From: Rhizobacter sp. | Lineage (GTDB): Bacteria > Pseudomonadota > Gammaproteobacteria > Burkholderiales > Burkholderiaceae_C | Length of the DNA: 61,755 nucleotides | Assembly: GCA_043742485.1 (NCBI GenBank) | Contig: JAYTYH010000337.1 | Location: forward strand, 1-61,755 | Direction of reading: 5' to 3' | Shown: positions 28,160 through 36,823 of the stretch, piece after piece | Layout of the letters: each line of letters starts with the position of its first letter | Numbering within the stretch: the first letter of the stretch is position 1 | Translations under genes and position numbers: made by a program | Notes under the pieces: model-generated | What the model saw: only the letters and a program-made list of their open reading frames with translations | Told to the model about the DNA's origin: nothing | Database searches by the model: none

Positions 28160-28924
28160 TCAGGGCTTGCCGAAACCGTATTTGGCGAGCGTGGCCTGGC
28201 CAGCCGGCGACACCACATAGGCCACGAACTTCTGTGCCGTGGCGACCTGGTTGCTGGCCGCGACGGGAGCGATCGGGTAGAGCACCGGCGTGTCGGTGGG
28301 CACGGTGAAGGCGACCTTGACCTTGTCGGCCACGATGGCGGCGTCGGTGCCGTAGACGAAGCCGGCCTCGACCTCGCCGCGGGCCACGTAGTCGAGGGCC
28401 TGGCGCACCGACTGCGCACCGATCATCTTCGCCTCGATGGCCGGCCAGAGCCGCACCTTCTCGAGAACCGCCTTCGTGTAGCGGCCGACCGGCACGCTGG
28501 CCGGCACGCCGATGGCGACGTGCTTATAAGCCGGTGTGTCGAGCTCGGCGAGCGACTTCGGCATGGCGACCGCGTCGCCCGGCACGATGACGACAAGCGA
28601 GTTGCTGACGAAGTTGACGCGCGTGCCGGGCTTGACCAGCTGCTGCTGCTCGGCCTGGTTCATCGTCTCCTGATCGGCGCTGGCGAAGACATCGACCGGC
28701 GCGCCCTTGGCGATCTGCTGCAGCAGCGCGCCCGAGGCCGCGAAGTTGAGCTGAACTCTGGTGCCCGGGTTGGCCATCTCGAAGGCGCTGCCGACGTCCT
28801 TGAAGGCGTTGGTCAGGCTGGCCGCGGCCGAGACGGTGAGGTCGGCAGCAAGGACGTTCAGGCCGAACAAACCCAGCGCCGCGACCGCCCCGACCCTGGC
28901 GAAATTTGATCGACCGAAATGCAT
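28160..28924 (-). CDS. modA: Molybdate-binding periplasmic protein
   Basis: SAAASL, FAASGALLQQI..GAPVDVFASA, VPVGRY, GFVYGTD. Start at 28924 or 28930. Confidence 0.93.
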   Translation of the reverse strand: MHFGRSNFARVGAVAALGLFGLNVLAADLTVSAAASLTNAFKDVGSAFEMANPGTRVQLNFAASGALLQQIAKGAPVDVFASADQETMNQAEQQQLVKPGTRVNFVSNSLVVIVPGDAVAMPKSLAELDTPAYKHVAIGVPASVPVGRYTKAVLEKVRLWPAIEAKMIGAQSVRQALDYVARGEVEAGFVYGTDAAIVADKVKVAFTVPTDTPVLYPIAPVAASNQVATAQKFVAYVVSPAGQATLAKYGFGKP

Positions 28925-28938
28925 GCACAAATATAACG
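28915..28938. promoter_or_regulatory. Candidate ModE box overlapping the modA start
   Basis: CGAAATGCATGCACAAATATAACG: 24 bp with a strong ATATAACG arm and a degenerate left arm. Confidence 0.45.
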
Positions 28939-28944
28939 CTGGGC

Positions 28945-28978
28945 CGAAAAAGGCGCGACCCTGGTCGCGCCTTTTTCG
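28945..28978. terminator. Bidirectional intrinsic terminator after the SRAP gene
   Basis: CGAAAAAGGCGCGACC-CT-GGTCGCGCCTTTTTCG perfect inverted repeat with A/T tracts. Confidence 0.8.
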
Positions 28979-28980
28979 CC

Positions 28981-29691
28981 CTACAGCTCGGAGACGGAGG
29001 TGTCGAGCGGCGTCGGACCCGTAGTGCGGCGCGAGCTCGTTGGCGCTGGCTCGGCCTCGAGATCGTCTTTGCCGAAAGTGCCGAAGAAGATTGGGGCGCG
29101 GCCGGGCGAGGTGTCGAGCCAGGCGTCGAAGTCTTCCTCGGCGAGCAGCACGGGCGTGCGCTTCTCGGTCGGCTCGCCCTTGTCACCGGTGGCCCGCTGG
29201 AAGCGCGAAAGCAACGGGTGCAGGTCGCAGTTGATGGTGAGCATCGCGAAGCTGACGACGGCACGACCGTCGTCACCGACCCAGCGGTCCCAGAGCCCGG
29301 CGACGCTGAGCGGTGTACGGTCGGCACGGCGCAGGCGCCAGCGCTCGGAGCGCTTGGCGCCTTCTGCGTAGAACGGCAGATACAGGCACTGCGCGGGAAT
29401 GATGCACCACTGCCGCTGCACGAACGCGTTCTTGAAGGTCGAACGCGTCGCAGCGGTTTCGGAGCGGGCGTTGACGCTGGAGCCCCCGACTTTCTCGGTT
29501 TTCGCCGATGCCGGCAACAGACCGAAGCGGGCCATGACCACTTCTCTTTGTGACGCCGCGCCCACGCCGAAGCGGCGGATGATGGGTGCGAGATCGCCGC
29601 CGACGATGTCGGTGGTCCAGTCGTCGTCGATCATCAATCCCCACTCGCGCTCGAGCTCGGAAGATGTCGGAGCCAGATAGTTGCTCGTCAT
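28981..29691 (-). CDS. SRAP/YedK (HMCES-like) family protein with substituted catalytic residues
   Basis: ARFGLLP, VNARSET, QWCIIPA, LSVAGLWDRW, SFAMLTIN, KRTPVLL...WL. Confidence 0.85.
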   Translation of the reverse strand: MTSNYLAPTSSELEREWGLMIDDDWTTDIVGGDLAPIIRRFGVGAASQREVVMARFGLLPASAKTEKVGGSSVNARSETAATRSTFKNAFVQRQWCIIPAQCLYLPFYAEGAKRSERWRLRRADRTPLSVAGLWDRWVGDDGRAVVSFAMLTINCDLHPLLSRFQRATGDKGEPTEKRTPVLLAEEDFDAWLDTSPGRAPIFFGTFGKDDLEAEPAPTSSRRTTGPTPLDTSVSEL

Positions 29692-29806
29692 CCCGGAACT
29701 TTAGCGCCGGTCGTCGGCGCGTGGCGGCGTTCGGATGCGTCGGTGCCGCGTTTCGAGTGAACTGCGCCACACCGGGCGCTGCCCGCAACGCCTCCGCACC
29801 AGGGGT

Positions 29807-30643
29807 TCAGACCGCGACGGTGGCCTTGATGGCAGGGTGATGAAGGTAGTCGTGAACGACGAAGTCTTCGTATGCGTAGTCGAAGATCGACGCCGGCCGG
29901 CCCACGATCTCGAGCGTCGGGTACGGATGCGGCGTGCGTGACAGCTGCTCTTCGACCTGCTCGGCATGGTTGCTGTAGATGTGGCAGTCGCCGCCGGTCC
30001 AGACGAAGTCGCCGACGTCTAGGTCGCATTGCTGGGCCAGCATGTGCGTGAGCAACGCGTAGCTGGCGATGTTGAACGGCACGCCGAGAAAGATGTCGGC
30101 GCTGCGCTGGTAGAGCTGGCAGCTCAGCTTGGCGCGGGCGGCGCCGATGGCGGGCGCCACGTAGAACTGGAACAGCGCGTGGCAAGGCAGCAGCGCCATC
30201 TTCGAAAGCTCGGCGACGTTCCAGGCGCTGACGATGATGCGGCGCGAATCGGGGCTGCTCTTCAGCTGCTCGACGACCGCGGCGATCTGGTCGATGTGAC
30301 CGCCTTCCGGCGTCGGCCACGAGCGCCATTGCACGCCGTACACCGGGCCGAGGTCGCCGCTGGGCGAGGCCCATTCGTTCCAGATCGTGACGCCGCGCTC
30401 CTGCAGCCAACGCGCGTTGCTGTCGCCACGCAGGAACCAGAGCAGTTCCATGGCGATCGAGCGCCAGTGCACCTTCTTGGTCGTGATGAGCGGGAAGCCT
30501 TCGGCCAGGTCGAAGCGCATCTGGTGGCCGAAGAGGCTGGTCGTGCCGGTACCGGTGCGGTCGCCTTTGGCGGTGCCGGTGTCGCGCACGAGGCGCATGA
30601 GATCCTCGTATTGCGAGCGGATCGGACGGGCTGGCGAATCCAT
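29807..30643 (-). CDS. thyA: Thymidylate synthase
   Basis: [48 protein letters not shown]. Confidence 0.97.
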   Translation of the reverse strand: MDSPARPIRSQYEDLMRLVRDTGTAKGDRTGTGTTSLFGHQMRFDLAEGFPLITTKKVHWRSIAMELLWFLRGDSNARWLQERGVTIWNEWASPSGDLGPVYGVQWRSWPTPEGGHIDQIAAVVEQLKSSPDSRRIIVSAWNVAELSKMALLPCHALFQFYVAPAIGAARAKLSCQLYQRSADIFLGVPFNIASYALLTHMLAQQCDLDVGDFVWTGGDCHIYSNHAEQVEEQLSRTPHPYPTLEIVGRPASIFDYAYEDFVVHDYLHHPAIKATVAV

Positions 30644-30668
30644 CGGCGGATTATCGCCAGCGCGCCGC

Positions 30669-31322
30669 TCAGCCTTGCTCGCGCAGGTAGATCTCGACGC
30701 GACGATTGCGGGCTCGACCGCTCTCGCTGACGTTGTCGGCGATCGGCTCCTTGTCGCCGCGGCCGTAGGTCTCGATCTGCTGCGGCGCCACGCCGCGGGC
30801 GACCAGATAGTCGCGCACGCTCTGGGCGCGGTCGAGCGAGAGCGGGTTGTTGATGGCGTCGGAGCCGGTGCTGTCGGTGTGGCCGATGACGCTCACGCGC
30901 GTCATCGGGTCGCCCGAGAGCGAACCCGCGAACGGTTCGAGCACGGCGCGCAATTGCGGTTTGATCGCGAAGCTGCCGGTGTCGAACGAGATGTCGTTCG
31001 GCACGTTGAGCTTGAGCTGGTTGTCGGCCGTGCGCGTGACCTCGACGTTGGTGCCCCGTGTCGCCTGTTCCATGGCGACGCGGCGGTCCTCCATGCGCTT
31101 GCTCCACAGGTTGCCAGCGATGGCGCCGATGGCGCCGCCGACGACCGCGCCGACCCCGCCACTGCCACCGGTGGCGCTGCCGATCACCGCGCCCGTCGCG
31201 GCGCCAACGCCGCCACCGACGGCCGTGCCGCGTTCGCGCTCGCTCATGTTGGCGCAACCGCTGGCGAGGCCGGCGACGGCGATGGCGCAGACGGTGGAGC
31301 GGAAGAAGTTCGTGTGGATCAT
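30669..31322 (-). CDS. OmpA-family lipoprotein with glycine zipper (YiaD-like)
   Basis: LASGC lipobox, glycine zipper, GHTDSTG, NRRVEI. Confidence 0.9.
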   Translation of the reverse strand: MIHTNFFRSTVCAIAVAGLASGCANMSERERGTAVGGGVGAATGAVIGSATGGSGGVGAVVGGAIGAIAGNLWSKRMEDRRVAMEQATRGTNVEVTRTADNQLKLNVPNDISFDTGSFAIKPQLRAVLEPFAGSLSGDPMTRVSVIGHTDSTGSDAINNPLSLDRAQSVRDYLVARGVAPQQIETYGRGDKEPIADNVSESGRARNRRVEIYLREQG

Positions 31323-31429
31323 GGTCGTCTTTTGAAGGCTGGCCGGCACTTGCCAGCGGAGCACCTATTGTGCGAACACCGGCCCGGCGCGTCTGTCGGA
31401 AGCGCGCGCCGTGTGCTGTGGGTCGCCGA

Positions 31430-33292
31430 CTACGCCGATGTCGGCCCGAGGGGCGTCGCCGGCCGCTCTGCTTCGCGGTCGAACTGCAGCGCCGCGAGCC
31501 GTGCATAGAGCCCGCCGGCTGCCACCAGCTCGGCATGGGTACCGGTCTCGACGATCTCGCCGGCGTCCATCACGACGATGCGATCGGCCCGCTGCACGGT
31601 CGCCAGCCGGTGCGCGATGACGATCGTCGTGCGGCCCTGCATCGCCGACTCGAGCGCCGCCTGCACCATGCGCTCGCCCTCGGCGTCGAGGGCGCTGGTG
31701 GCCTCATCGAGCAACAGCAGCGGCGGGTTCTTGAGCATCGCCCGCGCGATCGAGATGCGTTGGCGCTGGCCGCCGGAAAGGCGCACGCCGCGCTCGCCAA
31801 GAAACGTCTTGTAGCCCTCGGGCAAGGCCAGGATGAAATCGTGCGCGAAGGCGGCGCGCGCCGCTGCATGGACCTCGGCGTCGCTCGCCTCGGGGCGGCC
31901 GTAGCGGATGTTCTCGAGCGCGTCGGCCGAGAAGATGACGCTGTCCTGCGGGACGATGCCGATGCGGGCGCGCAACGCCTCGAGCGCGACCTCGTCGACG
32001 CGCTCGCCGTCGATGCGGACGGCGCCCGACTCGGCGTCGTAGAAGCGCAGGATGAGCTGGAACACGGTGCTCTTGCCGGCACCGCTCGGACCGACCAGCG
32101 CCACCGTCTCGCCTGGTTGCACGGCGAGGCTGAAGTGCGCCAGCGTCGGCTGCAGCGGCCGCGACGGGTAGCGGAAGGTGATGTCGTCGAGGCTGACCGA
32201 AGATCCGCCGCCGCGCAACGGCAGGGCGCGCGGCAAGGCCGGCGAGGCGATCGGCGAGTTCATCTGCAGCAGCTCCATCAGCCGCTCGGTCGCACCGGCG
32301 GCACGGAGCAGGTCGCCGTACACCTCGGAGAGCACGGCGACGCTGCCGACCAGGATGATCACGTAGACCACGGTCTGGCCAAGGTGACCGGCGGTGATGT
32401 CGCCATGCACCACCGCCTGCGTGCCCTGGTACAGGCCCCAGAGCAAGGCGCCGAAGGTGGCGCCGATCATGAAGGCGACCAGGAACGAACGCATCCGCGT
32501 GCGCCGCACCGCGGTGACGAAGGCGCGCTCGGTCGAGGCCGAGAAGCGGGCGGACTCGCGGCCTTCCTGCAGATAGCTCTGCACGACGGGCACCGCGTTC
32601 AGCACCTCGGCGGCGATGGCGCTCGAGTCGGCGATGCGGTCCTGGCTGGCGCGCGACAGGCGCCGGACGCGGCGGCCGAAGAAGAGCGAGGGCAGCACCA
32701 CGAGCACGAGGATGCCGAGCACCTGCGTCATCACCACCGGATTGGTGATGATCAGCATCGCCATCGCGCCGACTCCCATCACCGCGTTGCGCAAGCACAT
32801 CGACAGGCTGGAGCCGACCACCGTCTGCACGAGCGTGGTGTCGGTCGTCAACCGCGACAGCACCTCACCGGTCTGGGTGGTCTCGAAGAACTCCGGGCTC
32901 TGCCGTACGACGTGCGAGTAGACGGCATTGCGCAGGTCGGCGGTGACGCGCTCGCCGAGCCAGCTCACCATGTAGAAGCGTGCCGCCGAGAACACGCCGA
33001 GTGCGACGCCGACGCCGAAGAGGGCGAAGAAGTGCTCGCGCAGGGCCATGACCCGGGCGCCGTTGTCGGTGGCGATGAAGCCCTGGTCGATGAGCGACTT
33101 CAGCGCGACCGGAAAGACGAGCGTGCTGGCCGCTGCCAGCACCAGGAACAGCGCGGCCGCGGCGATGCGGCCACGGTACGGGTGCAGGAAGGGCAGCAGG
33201 CCGGAGAGCGCGCGTACGTCGCGTGCCGGCACGGCAGCGGGTCGGCCGGCAATGGCTGCGGGGCTGGCAAGGGTGGAGGTGGTTTTCGGCAC
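31430..33292 (-). CDS. MsbA-like ABC exporter (fused TMD-NBD)
   Basis: TM domain, GPSGAGKS, LSGGQRQR, LLLDEATSALD. Start uncertain (GTG 33292 or ATG 33334). Confidence 0.9.
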   Translation of the reverse strand: MPKTTSTLASPAAIAGRPAAVPARDVRALSGLLPFLHPYRGRIAAAALFLVLAAASTLVFPVALKSLIDQGFIATDNGARVMALREHFFALFGVGVALGVFSAARFYMVSWLGERVTADLRNAVYSHVVRQSPEFFETTQTGEVLSRLTTDTTLVQTVVGSSLSMCLRNAVMGVGAMAMLIITNPVVMTQVLGILVLVVLPSLFFGRRVRRLSRASQDRIADSSAIAAEVLNAVPVVQSYLQEGRESARFSASTERAFVTAVRRTRMRSFLVAFMIGATFGALLWGLYQGTQAVVHGDITAGHLGQTVVYVIILVGSVAVLSEVYGDLLRAAGATERLMELLQMNSPIASPALPRALPLRGGGSSVSLDDITFRYPSRPLQPTLAHFSLAVQPGETVALVGPSGAGKSTVFQLILRFYDAESGAVRIDGERVDEVALEALRARIGIVPQDSVIFSADALENIRYGRPEASDAEVHAAARAAFAHDFILALPEGYKTFLGERGVRLSGGQRQRISIARAMLKNPPLLLLDEATSALDAEGERMVQAALESAMQGRTTIVIAHRLATVQRADRIVVMDAGEIVETGTHAELVAAGGLYARLAALQFDREAERPATPLGPTSA

Positions 33293-33342
33293 GGCCGCGA
33301 GTGTAGGCGGTCCGAGCCGGTGCAAATAAAGCATGGGCAATG

Positions 33343-33392
33343 ATGGCCTCGGCAATGTGAGCCTTGACAATCATTGTCTAAGCATTTATATT
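33343..33392 (+). promoter_or_regulatory. Sigma70 promoter of marR with overlapping operator-like repeats
   Basis: TTGACA at 33364-33369, 17-nt spacer, TATATT at 33387-33392; inverted repeat GACAAT-C-ATTGTC at 33366-33378. Confidence 0.75.
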
Positions 33393-33399
33393 CTCATCC

Positions 33400-33900
33400 A
33401 TGTCCCGCAAACCCTGTGCCCCTTCCGACGCGACCCGTTTCTACGAGCCGGTCGACTACTGCGCCGAAGAGAGCGTCGGCTGGCTCATGAAGCGCGCCCT
33501 GATGTCCATCGCCCACGCGGCCGACCGCCGCCTCGAGCCCAAGGGCATCACCCACGCCCAGTGGGCGCCGCTCTTCATGTTGCAGCGGTGCAGGGCGTCG
33601 ACGGTGGCCGAGCTGGCACGCGAGACGCAGAGCGATCCGGGTGCGATGACGCGGCTGCTCGATCGCCTGGAGGCCAAGGGTTTTTGCCGCCGCCAGCGTT
33701 CGACCGACGATCGCCGCGTCGTCCACATCGAGCTGACGCCCGAGGGCGAGGCGGCGGCACACCAGGTGCCGATGGTGCTGGCTGAGGTGCTCAACGAGCA
33801 TCTGGTCGGATTTTCGAAAACGGAATGGTCGCAGTTGAAAGACATGCTGAAAAGACTGATCGCCAACGGCGCCGTCGTCGATACGCGGAGCGGCACATGA
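33400..33900 (+). CDS. MarR-family regulator (EmrR-like)
   Basis: GITHAQW, DPGAMTRLLDRLEAKG, DRRVVHIELTPEG. Confidence 0.92.
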   Translation: MSRKPCAPSDATRFYEPVDYCAEESVGWLMKRALMSIAHAADRRLEPKGITHAQWAPLFMLQRCRASTVAELARETQSDPGAMTRLLDRLEAKGFCRRQRSTDDRRVVHIELTPEGEAAAHQVPMVLAEVLNEHLVGFSKTEWSQLKDMLKRLIANGAVVDTRSGT

Positions 33901-35399
33901 GGCGCTGCCCCACCTGCCCCGAGATCGACGTCAAAGGCGCCGCCCGCACCGTGACCACCATCGTCGTCGCACTCGCCTCGATGCTCGTGCTGGCGCTCGC
34001 CGGTTGCGCCAACCCGCGTGGCATCGAGCCGCACGCCGCGCTCGTGGCGCCGGTCGCGCTGGGCGCCGACGCCGCCGCGAAGGTCGATGTCGTCGCCGCC
34101 GACTGGTGGCGCGCCTTCGACGACCCGGTGCTCGCCGACCTCATCGCCCGCGCTGTTGCCGGCAACCCGAGCCTGCGTGTGGCCGCGGCGCGCAGTGCCC
34201 GCGCCGAGGCGAACATCGCCTCCGCGCGCGCCGCCGACGGCCCGCAGCTCGGCTTCGGCTTCGACGCCTCGCGCCAGCTCTTTTCCGGCAACGGCCTCTA
34301 CCCGCCCCCGATCGCGGGCTCGATACGCAATTCCGCCACGGCGCAGCTGAACGGTTCGTGGGAGCTCGACTTCTTCGGCCGCAACCGGGCCCAGCTCGAC
34401 GCCACCATTGGCGCCGAGCGCGCGAGCGTTGCCGACGCCGACGCGGCCCGCGCGATGCTCGCCGTCAACGTCGCCCGCACCTACGTGCAACTGGCGCGCC
34501 TGGTCGAGCAGCGGGCCGTGCTGCAGCGGGCGCTGTCGCAACGCGACGAGGTTCTGGCGCTGATCCGCCAACGCTTCTCCGCCGGCATCGACACCGCCGT
34601 CGAGGTTCGCCAGGGCGAGGGCGCGCTGCCCGAGACGCGCCAACAAATCGAGTCGGTCGAGGAGCAGATCGCGCTGGCGCGCCATGCCCTCGCTGCCTTG
34701 CTCGCCGAGCCGCCGGCCGCTTTCGATGCCCTGGCGCCGCGGCTGGCCACGGTGCGTGCCGTCGCTGTGCCCGACGTCGTGCCTGCCGACCTGATCGGCC
34801 GCCGCGCCGACATCGTCGCTGCGCGCTGGCGCGTCGAGGCGGCGATCGGCGATGTCGGTGTCGCCCGCGCCCAGTTCTATCCGAACATCAACCTGAGTGC
34901 CTTCATCGGCCTGTCGAGCATCGGCTTCGACCGACTCCTGCGTTCCGGCAGCGAACAGTACGGCATCGGCCCGGCGATCCGTTTGCCGATCTTCGATTCG
35001 GGGCGGCTGCGTGCTGGCCTGAGCGGCCGCACCGCCGACCTCGACGCCGCTGTCGAGACCTATAACGGCACGCTCGTCGAGGCCATCCACGATGTCGCCG
35101 ACCAGATCAGCTCGGTGCGCGCCGTCGAGCGCCAGCAGCGCGAGCAGGCGGCGGCCCAGCAGGCGGCGGAGAGCACCTACGACATCGCGACGCAGCGTTA
35201 CCGCGCCGGCCTCGGCACCTTCCTCACCGTACTCAACGCCGAGACCAACGTGATCGCGCAACGGCGCATCACGACCGACCTGCGGGCCCGCGCCATCGAC
35301 TCGCAGGTGCTGCTGGTCCGTGCCCTCGGCGGGGGCTACGCCGCGTCGGCCGAGGCGCGCAGCCTCGCCGCTGTCGGCGCCGCGGTCGCGGCCCGCTGA
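33897..35399 (+). CDS. NodT-family outer-membrane efflux lipoprotein
   Basis: LAGC lipobox, WWRAFDDP, WELDFFG, RRADIVAA, LVRALGGG. Confidence 0.92.
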   Translation: MRRCPTCPEIDVKGAARTVTTIVVALASMLVLALAGCANPRGIEPHAALVAPVALGADAAAKVDVVAADWWRAFDDPVLADLIARAVAGNPSLRVAAARSARAEANIASARAADGPQLGFGFDASRQLFSGNGLYPPPIAGSIRNSATAQLNGSWELDFFGRNRAQLDATIGAERASVADADAARAMLAVNVARTYVQLARLVEQRAVLQRALSQRDEVLALIRQRFSAGIDTAVEVRQGEGALPETRQQIESVEEQIALARHALAALLAEPPAAFDALAPRLATVRAVAVPDVVPADLIGRRADIVAARWRVEAAIGDVGVARAQFYPNINLSAFIGLSSIGFDRLLRSGSEQYGIGPAIRLPIFDSGRLRAGLSGRTADLDAAVETYNGTLVEAIHDVADQISSVRAVERQQREQAAAQQAAESTYDIATQRYRAGLGTFLTVLNAETNVIAQRRITTDLRARAIDSQVLLVRALGGGYAASAEARSLAAVGAAVAAR

Positions 35400-35446
35400 T
35401 CCTTCCCTCTTCCTTTTAGACGCTTCGGCGTCCGGAGATTCCTTTC

Positions 35447-36823
35447 ATGAGCCGCCCCGAAGACACTCCTTTGCCGCCTCCAAACCCGCCCGTGGCGGCT
35501 GCTCCGGTGGCGGCGCCTGCGCCTGCGCCCGCCGAGGCGCCGGCGCCACGATCGAACCGCAAGGTCGCGCTGCTCAGCGTCGGCGGCGTCGTCGTGGTCG
35601 CGGCGGCGGCCTACGGCATCTACTGGGCGATGTTCCTCAACCATTTCGAGAGCACCGACAACGCCTACGTGCAGGGCAATGTCGTGCAGGTCACGCCGCA
35701 AGTGGCCGGCACGGTGATCGCGATCAACGCCGACGACACCGACTTCGTCAAGGCCGGTCAGTCGCTGGTGCGCCTCGACCGCGCCGATGCGCAGGTGGGA
35801 CTCGAGCAGGCCGAAGCGCAGCTCGCGCAAAGCGTGCGCGAGTCGCGCGTGCTGTTCGTCAACAACGGCGGCCTGAAGGCGCAGATCGCGGCGCGTGAGG
35901 CCGATCTGGCCCGCGCCCGCAGCGACGTGCAGCGCGCCCAGGACGACGTCACGCGGCGGGCGCCGCTGGTCGCGACCGGGGCCGTCGGCAAGGAAGAGTT
36001 CAACCACGTGACCGCGCAGCTCACGGTCGCGAAATCGGTGCTGAGTGCCGCCGAATCGGCCGCCGACGCGGCGCGCGAACAGCTGGCCTCGAACCAGTCG
36101 CTCACCGAAGGCATCTCGGTCGAGCAGTCGCCCAACGTGCTGCGGGCTTCGGCCCGCGTGCGCGAGGCCTACCTGACACTGAGCCGCGCCGAACTTTCGG
36201 CCCCGGTCGATGGCTACGTTGCGCGCCGCAACGTCCAGCTCGGCCAGCGTGTCCAGGCCGGGGCGCCACTGCTCTCGATCGTGGCCCTCGACGACGTCTG
36301 GGTCGACGCCAACTTCAAGGAGAGCCAGCTGCGCAACCTGCGCATCGGCCAGCCGGCCGAGCTCATCGCCGACGTCTACGGCAAGAAGGTCGCGTACCAC
36401 GGCACGATCGAAGGTCTCGGCGCCGGCACCGGCTCCGCCTTCGCGTTGCTGCCGGCGCAGAACGCGACCGGCAACTGGATCAAGGTCGTGCAACGCGTGC
36501 CCGTGCGCGTGGCGCTCGATCCGAAGGAAGTGCAGGCGCATCCGCTGCGCGTCGGCTTGTCGATGGATGTCAAGGTCGACGTCAGCAACGTCGATGGGCG
36601 GGTCCTGGCCGACGCGTCGCAAAAGCCGGCGCGGACACAGACCAGCGTCTTCGACCGCGGCAACGAACTGGCCGACACCGAGGTCAGGAAGATCGTCGAG
36701 GCCAACCTGGGCCGTCGCGTCGTCTCGCGCAAGGGCGAGGCCGCGGCGACGCCGCTCGCCGCTGCCCGCGACCCGCGGTCGGCCGCCTACGCGCATTCGT
36801 CGGCGTCTGTCGCCGCACGCTGA
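35447..36823 (+). CDS. emrA: EmrA-type membrane fusion protein
   Basis: STDNAYVQG, ANFKESQL, PAQNATGNWIKVVQRVPV. Confidence 0.9.
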   Translation: MSRPEDTPLPPPNPPVAAAPVAAPAPAPAEAPAPRSNRKVALLSVGGVVVVAAAAYGIYWAMFLNHFESTDNAYVQGNVVQVTPQVAGTVIAINADDTDFVKAGQSLVRLDRADAQVGLEQAEAQLAQSVRESRVLFVNNGGLKAQIAAREADLARARSDVQRAQDDVTRRAPLVATGAVGKEEFNHVTAQLTVAKSVLSAAESAADAAREQLASNQSLTEGISVEQSPNVLRASARVREAYLTLSRAELSAPVDGYVARRNVQLGQRVQAGAPLLSIVALDDVWVDANFKESQLRNLRIGQPAELIADVYGKKVAYHGTIEGLGAGTGSAFALLPAQNATGNWIKVVQRVPVRVALDPKEVQAHPLRVGLSMDVKVDVSNVDGRVLADASQKPARTQTSVFDRGNELADTEVRKIVEANLGRRVVSRKGEAAATPLAAARDPRSAAYAHSSASVAAR

